Shown: positions 55,128-64,000 of the stretch, piece after piece | How the letters are laid out: each line of letters starts with the position of its first letter | Numbering within the stretch: the first letter of the stretch is position 1 | Assembly (NCBI GenBank): GCA_000004985.1 | Contig: GG738857.1 | Direction: 5' to 3' (one strand) | Length of the DNA: 64,000 nt | From: Naegleria gruberi | Lineage: Eukaryota | Position numbers and translations under genes: made by a program | Notes under the pieces: model-generated | Databases searched by the model: none | Seen by the model: only the letters and a program-made list of their open reading frames with translations | What the model was told of the DNA's origin: nothing

Positions 55128-55287
55128 AGAGACATCACCAGCCACCATTATAAATATTCATCACAGTTGCCACCATTATAAATATTTATCACGGTTGCTT
55201 TAAATTACATTGCCCACCATTATAAATATTCATCACGGTTGCTTCATACATCACCAGCCACCAATATAAATATTCATCACTGCAGCC
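55128..55287. repeat. Four tandem copies of a ~35-bp unit CCACCATTATAAATATTCATCAC(A/G)GTTG, each carrying a TATAAATA motif, immediately upstream of the JmjC-like gene.
   Basis: catcaccagccaccattataaatattcatcacagttgccaccattataaatatttatcacggttgc...cccaccattataaatattcatcacggttgc...cagccaccaatataaatattcatcactgcagcc. The array ends 21 bp before the ATG at 55308. Confidence 0.6.
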
Positions 55288-55307
55288 ATGTTCATCCTAA
55301 TAAAAAA

Positions 55308-56651
55308 ATGAAACAGCTTTCGTTGTCTAATTTAAAGACCAACAAAGCATTATCGGAACAATTAAAGTCAAAAATTAAACAAACAATTACTAATCCTGTT
55401 GTTGATGGAAACAAATGTAATATTGATTTTAAGGAAGAATTAAAAAAGTTTCATAAAGATGCTGTTGAATTAATTGAACCTAACAAAGATCTAAATGTTC
55501 AATCCGATGATAAATGTTTAATTTGTAAAAGTGATTGTGATATAAAGAATCATTTTAAGTCTCATATTAATTCACATTCTCTCTTTCAAGATTTAGTTAA
55601 CAATAGTGAAATTTTAGAATTGTCTGATAAATCATTAGAAGCAAATAATTTATATTTTAAATTCAAGATAAATGAAGAAGAATTGAAAATGTTAACTGAA
55701 ATTACTAATAACACACTACAACAAAATATTATTGATTTAGATATTTCTAATTATAGTTCAATTATTAATCATAACAAATTTATTACAAATATTAAAGATA
55801 TTAAAGAAATATTAAATAATACTAATAATAACTTTCAACAAAGAGAAAATGGATTTTATTTTCATAAGTATTTTAAAGAAGATCAAGTTAAAATATTATC
55901 ACCTAAAAATGCATTGGAAAATTTATTTAATGATCTTTGGATATCATTATCCAGTTTTACTGGAACCATTTTACATATTGATACTAATGATTATATTAGA
56001 AAAATCAAGAATATTCATTATAATTTATGTGGATTGAAATTATATTACTTTTTTGTTCCACCTTGTATTATGAATAATAATTTGGAAATTGAAAATGAAG
56101 AAATGGCAAGTCTATATTTAGATTTTGATATAAATAGACATCTTCATAATTTAATTATTTACTTTTTAACAAGAAAAAGAAGTATTGATTTGTTATTTTT
56201 AGAATCTATTGGAATTCATATATGTGTTTGTAAAAGGGGTGAAGGTATTGTATTTCCAGAAACCTTACCTCATGGTACAATTAATTTATCACCTGTTACT
56301 ATCTCTATTGGTCATGCTTGGATGAGTTATAATAATTTGGATAGTTTTTCAGGTAAAAATGATTATACTTTTGACACTTATAGTACTAAGAGTATATATT
56401 TGGAATTATTTAATAATATTTTATGTAATTTACAAAAAGAAGAGATGAATAATGTAAATATTTATTCATTTGAGTGGAAAATGTTGTTAATTGGAAAATG
56501 TTTATTTTATTTACAACAAGACTATATCGAAGATCAATTAAAATATACATTAATTGATATTATTAAAATTATTAATAAGGGTAATTTAGTGTTTGATTTA
56601 ATTGATGGTTTAATTAATCAAGTTGGTTCAAAAAGAAATAAATTAATTTAA
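55308..56651 (+). CDS. JmjC-domain-like protein with an N-terminal C2H2-type zinc-finger-like motif, ~447 aa.
   Basis: The first in-frame ATG is at 55308 (MKQLSLSNLK). The ORF-track start at 55239 is non-ATG. CLICKSDCDIKNHFKSHINSH fits a C-x2-C...H-x3-H pattern. FTGTILHIDTNDY...IHYNLCGLKLYYFFVPP matches the JmjC core (T.FH.D.....W...i.G.K.W.l.pP) with the HxD iron ligands. A second His follows (ETLPHGTIN). Assigned from memory, not by profile search. Confidence 0.45.
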   Translation: MKQLSLSNLKTNKALSEQLKSKIKQTITNPVVDGNKCNIDFKEELKKFHKDAVELIEPNKDLNVQSDDKCLICKSDCDIKNHFKSHINSHSLFQDLVNNSEILELSDKSLEANNLYFKFKINEEELKMLTEITNNTLQQNIIDLDISNYSSIINHNKFITNIKDIKEILNNTNNNFQQRENGFYFHKYFKEDQVKILSPKNALENLFNDLWISLSSFTGTILHIDTNDYIRKIKNIHYNLCGLKLYYFFVPPCIMNNNLEIENEEMASLYLDFDINRHLHNLIIYFLTRKRSIDLLFLESIGIHICVCKRGEGIVFPETLPHGTINLSPVTISIGHAWMSYNNLDSFSGKNDYTFDTYSTKSIYLELFNNILCNLQKEEMNNVNIYSFEWKMLLIGKCLFYLQQDYIEDQLKYTLIDIIKIINKGNLVFDLIDGLINQVGSKRNKLI

Positions 56652-56664
56652 TAAATAAAAAAAA

Positions 56665-57060
56665 ATGAATTATTTAGCATCACGGGTAAAAAAGAGAAGT
56701 GAAAGGTTTAATTTGAATAATGATGATACAATTTATGAAGTATCATTTGTTGATGAAAGTGAAGATGATGGAAATAATGATGATAGTAGTGATGAAGATA
56801 ATGACGGAAATGGTGGAAATAATAATGAATATGATTATGAAGATGAGAAAATAATGGATGATGAATATAATAAATTTGATGATATTAATGGCACCAATAA
56901 TACAACATTAAACACTAATAATAACTCAACATCAAATATTAATATTGATCATTTAGATGATGTTGGAGGAGATATGAATGATGATATAATATTTAATAAC
57001 AACAATAATTTTTCTGATAAATTAATAATACACTCGTGGCCAGCGACCAAAAGAACAAAA
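56665..57060 (+). CDS. Low-complexity acidic/Asn-rich ORF, uncertain. Its tail (57061..57297) is antisense to P450 exon 2 and is probably a chance read-through.
   Basis: ATG at 56665, 13 bp after the previous stop. The composition is D/N/E-rich (DESEDDGNNDDSSDEDNDGNGGNNNEYDYEDEK). No domain recognised. Confidence 0.25.
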
Positions 57061-58070
57061 GAATTCGATATCAATTCATCATCTGAGAGAACTCCTCCAG
57101 TTTCCTTGTTATTTCTACGTTCTTTCAATAGGAGAGAGAGGATATCATTGGATTCTTCTGCCAAATTGTTTTCACGTTCTCTCTTGGCAATGATTTCTTT
57201 AATGACATTACGGAAAGAGTCAACTGAGTCATGGATTTTTGCTAACATGCCAACTTTTACATTCTTTCTGAGGAATTGGGTTGGAACTACACGATAGAAA
57301 TCAGCATTTCCTAAAAAGATATTGGTTTTGGTTTCCAGAGTTTCTTCTCCAGGTTTAGAATAGAATGAATCGAAAGAATATCCAAAACCTGCCTTACCAA
57401 TAACATCCTATTGTAATAGGTTAAAATATTCTCAATTCATTCAATAACATACCATAGTCAACTTGGCAAAATCACTCATAACATCTCTTCTCTTCAAATC
57501 CTTCATAATATTTGGAACCATATCATTCTCCAATGTATTATTTGTAACACTTGCCACCAAACTCAAAGATTGTGGAGTAAATCCAGGATCTATCAAGTGT
57601 CTTTGATGTGACCAAGTTTGATGATCATCCTCAGCAAAGATATTCGAACCAAGGAACAATTCTAAAAAGGTTCTCTTTTGCATGGCATTCTTCTTGTAAA
57701 GTTTGGCACCTTTAGTTGCAATTTCCTTTCCCATATCAGGATCTGTTATGACAAGGAATGGAAATCCAATCATTCCCAACATGATTTTATAATAATCTTG
57801 AGATTGTCCTCTTGTCAACTCGATTATTGTTTCTGGTTGAAAAGGAATTCCAGGATTGGACAAGTATCCATTCGGAACCATCCACTTTGGCAAAATACTC
57901 ATCACAATAGGAGGAATGAACTGTTGATATCCCTTCTCGATATGAACAAATTGTTTCTTCATCTTTGTATATTGCAAATAACGTTCCACCATGAAAACTG
58001 CAATTAAAACAATGGAAACAACAATGGATCCGATGAGAAGCCACCCAAAGGAAGATAAATATTCAATCAT
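57033..58070 (-). CDS. Cytochrome P450 5' half (membrane anchor through the first half of the I-helix, ending ...LLVAGHE). Two exons: 58070..57453 and 57407..57033.
   Basis: ATG at 58070. TM anchor MIEYLSSFGWLLIGSIVVSIVLIAVF. Pro-rich hinge PNGYLSNPGIPF. GFPFLVITDPDMGKEI. An exon ends at ...DFAKLTM with a GTATGT donor at 57452-57447. A 45-nt intron ends at ttacaatag (57408), and exon 2 reads DVIGKAGFGYSFDS...SDDELISNSFVLLVAGHE. P450 homology stops exactly at GAG (57035..57033). The downstream sequence tgtattatt... has no canonical splice donor in a usable phase. Confidence 0.65.
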
Positions 58071-58399
58071 TCGTTGTCAAAAGAAGTTTGTGTTTGTTTT
58101 TTTTTGTTTGTTGAAGTTTTGATGTGTTTTTGTGATGATTAATTTTTATTCTCCATCCAACATGTGCGTTTTGTTACGTCCGATGATAACATCCGAATCA
58201 AATGGGGAATTGAGCCTTATTTGAGTTTCAGAAAAAATAGTTCTGGAATTTTGATTGTTGTATAGTACATATTGTAAAAGGAAGATAAATTCATTGTTAT
58301 TGTAAAAGTGTTTGAGACCATGTTTTAACAACATCAAATGTGAAATTGAAACTTCCAAAAATCATATTGTAAATTGCTCTTCAATATCTTTAAAAAAAA

Positions 58400-59089
58400 A
58401 TGTCTCAAGTTAAAACAGCTCACGATTTGCACAGTTCCGATGCCAGACCAGCAAAAGAAATTAAAAAATTAGATTCCGATGGAAATTACACACCATTTGA
58501 AGGGTTGACCATTGTTATGCAAATTTGTGAACAAGATTTGAAATTTGGTGAAAGATTATTCAAGGATTTGGAGAGTACAGTCCCAAAGAAGGCTCACTCC
58601 TTGTTACCTTATCAGAGTTATCATGTGACATTGTGTGGACTTGTTTGTAGAAATCATTTTGAATCTTGTCAAGATTACAATAATTTCATTGATGAACATT
58701 ATGAAAATTTGAAAAAATTACAACAAGAATTGGATCAAATTTGTGGAAATTCTCAAATAACCTATCGTGTTGATACGGAAACTATGAAAAAATCAAGTCT
58801 TTCCAAATTGACTGGTCATTTACTTGTGAGAAATAACGATTCTGCAGAATTACTCAACAAATGTTTTGAGAAATGTAAGGAAATTCTCAAAATTGATTTG
58901 AGAATGAGTGAAGCTCATTTGAGTTTGGCTTATCCACCTCCAAAAGGAAAGAAGATGAATGCAGAGCAACGTAAAACAGTTCAACAAGTGATGGATAAAC
59001 ACTTTGATTCGAGTTGTGTCTTGGTTTTTGAAAGACCTAGAATTTGCTTTTTCAAAGACATGTGCGAATTCATTCCAATATTTAATTAA
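58400..59089 (+). CDS. 2H-phosphoesterase-superfamily-like protein (two H-x-T/S-x motifs), 229 aa.
   Basis: ATG at 58400. YHVTLCGL and AHLSLAYPP give the two H-x-[TS]-x motifs ~90 residues apart, typical of LigT/CPDase/AKAP18-type 2H enzymes. Identification is by motif only. Confidence 0.4.
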   Translation: MSQVKTAHDLHSSDARPAKEIKKLDSDGNYTPFEGLTIVMQICEQDLKFGERLFKDLESTVPKKAHSLLPYQSYHVTLCGLVCRNHFESCQDYNNFIDEHYENLKKLQQELDQICGNSQITYRVDTETMKKSSLSKLTGHLLVRNNDSAELLNKCFEKCKEILKIDLRMSEAHLSLAYPPPKGKKMNAEQRKTVQQVMDKHFDSSCVLVFERPRICFFKDMCEFIPIFN

Positions 59090-59109
59090 ACTAAATATTA
59101 AACTAAAGG

Positions 59110-60177
59110 TTAATTTATAGTAGAAAATTGATCTAACACATCAAAGGGATTATTCTGTGCACACCAAGTTAGTGAGATATTACAATTTGTTTGAAGATCA
59201 TCAATACTGTTATTGGAACTATCAAAACTTGATTGACTAACTAAATCAAGGTCGCTTTCAGATAAAAACTCATCAGAATCATCCACAGTTTCGACTGGAG
59301 GATGATCATTAACCAAAAGCTTCAAAAGTTCCATTTCCAAATCAGTAACCTCACCAGACTCTAGAATGAAACTTTCGCATGGTGATTGTTTAGTTTCCAC
59401 TACAGTTGGATTCAATTGATTCGAATTAAAAACAGTATTGCAAATTTCAGCATCTTCAAACAAATTTTCAAATTTCTCATCAAGGTATGAACTCACTGAA
59501 GTGTTTTCACTTTCAATTTGAGTTGATCTTTCAACATATGAAATTTGGTTTCTAATTTGAATTGAGTTACAACGAGTTTGATTGACTTTTTTCTTTTTTC
59601 TTCTAGTCTGACAGCTGTCAACACTATCTACTGATATACTATCATCTGAACAATATTCCTTCAATCTCTTTACAGCTCCTCTCTTTACCTTCTTTGTAAC
59701 TTCTGAATACAAGAACATGTGACATGTACTGCCACAAATCACTTGTGTCACTCTACATGAACCAGAACTTGTCTTTCCCTTCTCAGTTCTCTTTTGGAAA
59801 AGTGCAAGTGAAATCTTGAGATCAAATATTTTCCCACCAAATTCTTCCAAAGAAATGGTCAACTCTCCAGTTGGTCGTAATTTATCAACAGGCTCATATT
59901 CATTCACTATATCTAATATTCCAAGCATTGATTTTGACTTGTTCAATTTGTTAATTTGAGAATCGCTAAGTTGTTGTTTACCAAGTGCTTTTCTTGTATT
60001 AAAATGCATGTCAATAATTTTGACATTGGCATGTAAAATTAAGAATACTCTGGCAATTGGAACGGGTGAAGTAGAGTTGAATTGAAGTTTGACTCCACAT
60101 GCATACTCTTCAGTTGTCAAATCATGTCCAATATTGTACTCTTTCATAACAAGTGACATTTCTCTTTTCTCTCTCAC
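59110..60177 (-). CDS. Hypothetical protein, 355 aa, full-length paralog of the truncated CDS at 1..998 (inverted orientation).
   Basis: ATG at 60177 (MREKREMSLVMKEYNIGHDLTTEEYACGVKLQF...). It is ~90% identical in protein to the window-start gene and diverges only in the last ~25 residues. A basic RRKKKKVNQTR patch suggests an NLS. Convergent with 58400..59089 across a 20-bp spacer. Confidence 0.6.
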   Translation of the reverse strand: MREKREMSLVMKEYNIGHDLTTEEYACGVKLQFNSTSPVPIARVFLILHANVKIIDMHFNTRKALGKQQLSDSQINKLNKSKSMLGILDIVNEYEPVDKLRPTGELTISLEEFGGKIFDLKISLALFQKRTEKGKTSSGSCRVTQVICGSTCHMFLYSEVTKKVKRGAVKRLKEYCSDDSISVDSVDSCQTRRKKKKVNQTRCNSIQIRNQISYVERSTQIESENTSVSSYLDEKFENLFEDAEICNTVFNSNQLNPTVVETKQSPCESFILESGEVTDLEMELLKLLVNDHPPVETVDDSDEFLSESDLDLVSQSSFDSSNNSIDDLQTNCNISLTWCAQNNPFDVLDQFSTIN

Positions 60178-60566
60178 AAATTTTCAGTTTAAAGTCGAGT
60201 TGTTTTTTTGTGTTTTTGAAATCAAATACTTTGCTGGATTTTAAGCATTCACGCATATGATTGTTGTGTTGTGGTGCATACTACAAAGCTCTCGATCACG
60301 ATTGTGCTTTTTTAATTCACGAAGCAAAAGCACGTTTTTTCTTCAGATCACGATTGTGCTTCACGAAGATGTAACTTCCCTTTTTGGAACGAACGTGTTT
60401 TGTAATGGTGGCAAGAGCAAATTTTTATTTTACAGTACCTCCGAGAGAATACATTTAAAATAACAACAAGAGCAACAATATACAATTTCAAACAGCATCT
60501 TACCACTTTTATTCTTTCTAAGATGTAATAAATGAATACAAAGAGAGCATTATTGTTGTGAATGTA

Positions 60567-60639
60567 GCCCGTCTAGCTCAGTCGGTAGAGCGCAAGGCTC
60601 TTAACCTTGTGGTCGTGGGTTCGACCCCCACGGTGGGCG
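60567..60639 (+). tRNA. tRNA-Lys (anticodon CTT), 73 nt.
   Basis: GCCCGTCTAGCTCAGTCGGTAGAGCGCAAGGCTCTTAACCTTGTGGTCGTGGGTTCGACCCCCACGGTGGGCG folds into a cloverleaf. A 7-bp acceptor stem with two G-U pairs. D arm GCTC/GAGC. Anticodon stem CAAGG/CCTTG with loop CTCTTAA. T arm GTGGG/CCCAC. A box TAGCTCAGTCGG. B box GGTTCGACCCC. It closely resembles metazoan tRNA-Lys-CTT. Confidence 0.92.
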
Positions 60640-60662
60640 ATTTCATTTTGTTTGCCCGTTTT

Positions 60663-60671
60663 GATGAACTT
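60663..60671 (+). terminator. Pol III terminator T-run (T9) 24 nt downstream of the tRNA.
   Basis: The sequence gatgaactttttttttga follows the tRNA 3' end. Confidence 0.7.
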
Positions 60672-61190
60672 TTTTTTTGAATAATTAATTCTATTAAGTA
60701 TTGCTCTGAAGTGCTTTCAGAGTTCAAAAATTGTTTTCTCAAACCCTTGCGAGCAAGAAAACGAGTAGAAAAGGGCAGATTGCAATCAGCAATTACGTGT
60801 TTCACAATGACGATCAATAACAACGTAAAATCCCTGGACAAGAACTGTTTGGAAATAACTGGATAGTGAGTGATGTATTAGTAAACTCGAAAATGGCATG
60901 GAAAATAATAATATATTGTGGTTTTGGCAAGGTTGAACCAGTAGCATTATCACTGCACCTTCGAAGAATTGGATCTTCTTTCAAAGTATCTTTGCAAAAA
61001 TCCATCTTTTCAAAATGGACATCAACATCTGAATTTTATTTATCTTTCGAAATGCAAAATGTTAATTCATGAAAGTTTTCACTTCATGGACATAAGAGCA
61101 CCACATTTATTTTACTGAAAAAGGAATTAATTGGAAAACTGCTCTTCTGGATTATGCTAAATCAGTTCTTGCTTGAGTTTTTGTGGATTA

Positions 61191-61397
61191 TTATTGTTTT
61201 GGTTTTCCAATGAGATCATCAATTGTAATATTGGGAACTGTTAAATTGATAAAACGATCAACAGAGATGGAATCACTCATGATTTTTACTTGTTCTTCAG
61301 GTGTAGCATTTCTGAATTCTTCCATCATTTCGCCAACTTGTTGGTTAAGAGCTCTCATCTTATCGAATATGTCAGGGTTGTTGTTGTTTCTTTCCAT
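61191..61397 (-). CDS. Small hypothetical ORF (~69 aa from the first ATG). Coding status uncertain.
   Basis: MERNNNNPDIFDKMRALNQQVGEMMEEFRNATPEEQVKIMSDSISVDRFINLTVPNITIDDLIGKPKQ. The ORF-track start at 61493 is non-ATG. Confidence 0.25.
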   Translation of the reverse strand: MERNNNNPDIFDKMRALNQQVGEMMEEFRNATPEEQVKIMSDSISVDRFINLTVPNITIDDLIGKPKQ

Positions 61398-62607
61398 TTG
61401 ATCACAAGTCTGGCTGATTCGAATAGTGTGATGTTTGTTTCTTTTTTTTGAATTATTGTTTGCTTGTGAACAATTTCTTGCTTGAGAAAACAAATTCGGT
61501 CGTCAAGGAAAACCTCCAATGATGGCAGTCAACCAAGTAACGTCAGTAATCCATTGGTTGTCACATTATCAAAACCTTCATTACAAAATGAACAGTAGAG
61601 TACTCTTAAAGAAGTGAACCATTCCAAACTCTACAACAAACTGACAACTCTCCGCTCATTGTAAACTATCGCTCTATGGCCTCAATTTGATTCTCTCTAT
61701 TTTTACAATTAAAAATCAAAAAAATTGATCCTCAAATTAATCAATTATATTACATTACGTACGTAGAGTAGTCAATGAACAACAACATTCCAAGCAACCT
61801 AACACCATTTGAAACCTCCCTCAACAATGCACCAGTATTCAGTATAATTAATACTTCAACAACTGAATATTAATACCTCCACGATCAAGAATCTTTTCAT
61901 CATCATCAAGAAAATATATTGTACTGAGTTTTGAAGCATCAGAATTTGAACCTTTTTTTGTCTTCTCTCTCGGTTAAAGCACAAGAAGAATATTTTCTTA
62001 TTCCTACCACACATCCTCAATAATATCGAATCTTTTTGTGGATTAATTCACTGCTTCATTGCTTCATCATCAAAGGACTGTTTGAGTTTTGAATATTCAA
62101 AAGTTTTTAGTAAAAAACAAACACGTCTCATCAACCAACCAGAAAAACCCCATTCAACATTAATATTTGATATCGGATTTTGAATAGGACATTAAATCCT
62201 CAAGTAAGCACCACCCTAATTAATTTTCATTCAATAGAAAGTGAGAACTCTCAAAACAGCCTTTCATTCTTCATCACCATCAAACAATTTAGAACTTCTA
62301 AAGGCTTCTTCATCAGCAACAAGGAAGATAATTTAAATTTTTATTTTCCGCGCCTCTTTTAATCAAGACACAGTAGGATCGTTAGTTCCGACCACAAAAT
62401 CTTCCATAGGATTCACCACTTGTGCTTACTGCAAACAAGTTGTTGTGTTCCAGGTTTTTAGCTTTTATCGATAAAAAAAGACAAGACTTGTTGTATCATC
62501 TCTCACTCTATCACTAAGAAGAATCAAAGCAGCAGACTGTTTTGATTGCAAGAGTAACTGTCAAGTTTGAATATTCATCATCACCATCATCATTATCAGC
62601 AATAACA

Positions 62608-63685
62608 ATGTTTGAACAATTATTGGAAGGAAAGGCTTCTGTTGCCTTATCTCAATTAACTTTCCAACTGCAAGAAAATGTATATAGTCAATGGACGGAA
62701 GATTACACTATTTGTTTGGTCTCTTTCGTGAATAGTATTCTGTTTCATACGCTGGTTTATTTGGTTATTTCGCCACTCATATCCAGAACTTTTAAATCAT
62801 ACCGTGAAGGAAGTGAAGAAACCAAGATTGAGTGGAATAGTCGTATGGTTAGTAATGTACATGCTGTGTTGTATGTCCTCTTGTCATGTTACTGCATCCT
62901 TATAGAGAATGCTTTCCCTACTTTTTCAATGGATGAAGCAACGAAAATGTCAAGATTTGCCGTTTGTTATGCTGGAGGATACTTTTTATATGATTTGGTT
63001 CTGATTTTCAGATATCCAAGTAAGTTTTTCAAGTTTTATTGAATGTAATGGGTTACTCTATTCTCCTATTAATTATTATTATCTTCATCAATCATGAACA
63101 TTGTTGCTTTCACAAATATTTTTGAACTCTTTCCTGAATTATTCAAATTGATTATTTCACCATCATCATGAACAATGTCTTTACTACATGGCCACTTAAT
63201 ATTAATAATGAAATATTATTATCATGCCATTGTTAAAATTCTAACAATCATTAGAACTCGGAGGAATTGCCATGTGGTTCCATCACGGATTTGTTCTCTT
63301 TGGTATTCTCAGTATTTGGTATTGTGACAAATATTGGGTAGTTTTATGTTACTATTCCATTTTGGAGGTTTCCACTCCTTTTGTCAATGCTAGATGGTTC
63401 TTGTTGGCTTGTGGATTGAAGGAATCACCATTCTATTTCATGAATAATGTTCTCATTTGGCTTGTTTTTGGAATGTGTAGAATGCCATTCGTTTTATTTG
63501 GACCTTACCTCATCTATGTGAATCATGACAAGATGTTCCAACATTCATTCTATTTTGCCTCCATTCTGTACATTCAAATTGCCAATATTAGTATTTTGAA
63601 TGTTTATTGGTTTGGTTTAATGTCTAAAAAGATGGTGGAAACTGCCTCTTCCATGTTATCATCCAAAGCAAAGAAGAATTTGTAA
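62608..63685 (+). CDS. TLC-domain (TRAM/LAG1/CLN8-like, TLCD-type) multi-pass membrane protein. join(62608..63019,63264..63685), ~277 aa.
   Basis: ATG at 62608 (MFEQLLEGK). Hydrophobic helices carry the WNSRMVSNVHAVL and FHHGFVLFG motifs typical of the TLC domain. Exon 1 ends ...LVLIFRYP at a GTAAGT donor at 63020. A 244-nt intron. The only in-frame AG acceptor is ctcggag at 63262-63263, which gives ...RYP-R-IAMWFHHG. It has a weak polypyrimidine tract, so the junction is tentative. Confidence 0.45.
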
Positions 63686-64000
63686 ATTTCACTTCATTAC
63701 AATCAAAGAACCACTCGATTGATAACAGTTGACAATTATTATCATCCAAAAGGTTTGATTATTATCCTATTTCCACAAACTAATACCAAAACCTTGCAAT
63801 TTACCCATTCAATCTTAAAGTAAAACATACTCAATTGAGCCATAATCATCTTGATCTTTGTTCTCTNTCACTCTTAATGAAATACCATCTAAAAACAATA
63901 CCTTCCTCATCCTTTTCCACTCTTCTACAATCAGCACCTAATTTCCATTTCCCAACTGTGAAAGTATCATTCCAAACTTGGTCCCTTCTCGTCATCCCAT

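Noticed and set aside
47040-57032. Interpreting the 10-kb interval between the P450 halves as an ordinary intron hosting nested genes.
   Set aside because: No GT...AG pair in a phase that restores ...AGHE/TTART. All other introns in the window are <250 nt, and six genes on both strands would have to be nested. Kept as a low-probability alternative in the finding.
60578-60841. Minus-strand 87-aa ORF overlapping the tRNA-Lys gene.
   Set aside because: Antisense of a well-folded tRNA plus AT-rich flank. The ORF-track start is non-ATG.

Overview
The window is AT-rich eukaryotic nuclear DNA with the standard genetic code, GT-AG spliceosomal introns of 33-172 nt, and two 50-N scaffold gaps. It is gene-dense, with roughly 25 protein genes on both strands, several tail-to-tail pairs only 6-230 bp apart, and one tRNA-Lys(CTT). 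The gene content (F-box/LRR proteins, a P450, an NHL-repeat receptor kinase, DUF4116-like repeat kinases, few and short introns) suggests a free-living amoeboid protist of the Naegleria type. That is inference only; no search was run. Many 'M' starts in the ORF track are TTG or GTG codons, so I re-anchored starts to the first in-frame ATG where one was visible.

The region of most interest is 14.0-22.5 kb together with 28.5-32.4 kb. A gene encoding an N-terminal array of up to ~23 tandem 25-aa DUF4116-like repeats, an atypical protein kinase domain and a C-terminal coiled coil is present in three paralogous copies on the minus strand. Two of those copies are each paired tail-to-tail with a divergent G-alpha-like gene: one intact copy (17599..18726) and one truncated pseudo-copy abutting a retroelement remnant. 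Copy B of the kinase gene is intact. Copy A carries a frameshift. Copy C carries an in-frame stop and a scaffold gap.

Other notable content:
- A cytochrome P450 gene whose 5' and 3' halves lie ~10 kb apart, separated by a segment carrying six unrelated genes.
- A ~1 kb inverted segmental duplication at the two window ends.
- A 1678-aa protein built from ~9 galactose-binding-like modules.
- A 1414-aa NHL-propeller/EGF/TM/kinase receptor, reconstructed across a 53-nt intron.
- A TARBP1/Trm3-like SpoU methyltransferase with a reconstructed 5' exon.
- Promoter-proximal tandem repeats, a KpnI-site minisatellite and degenerate retrotransposon fragments.
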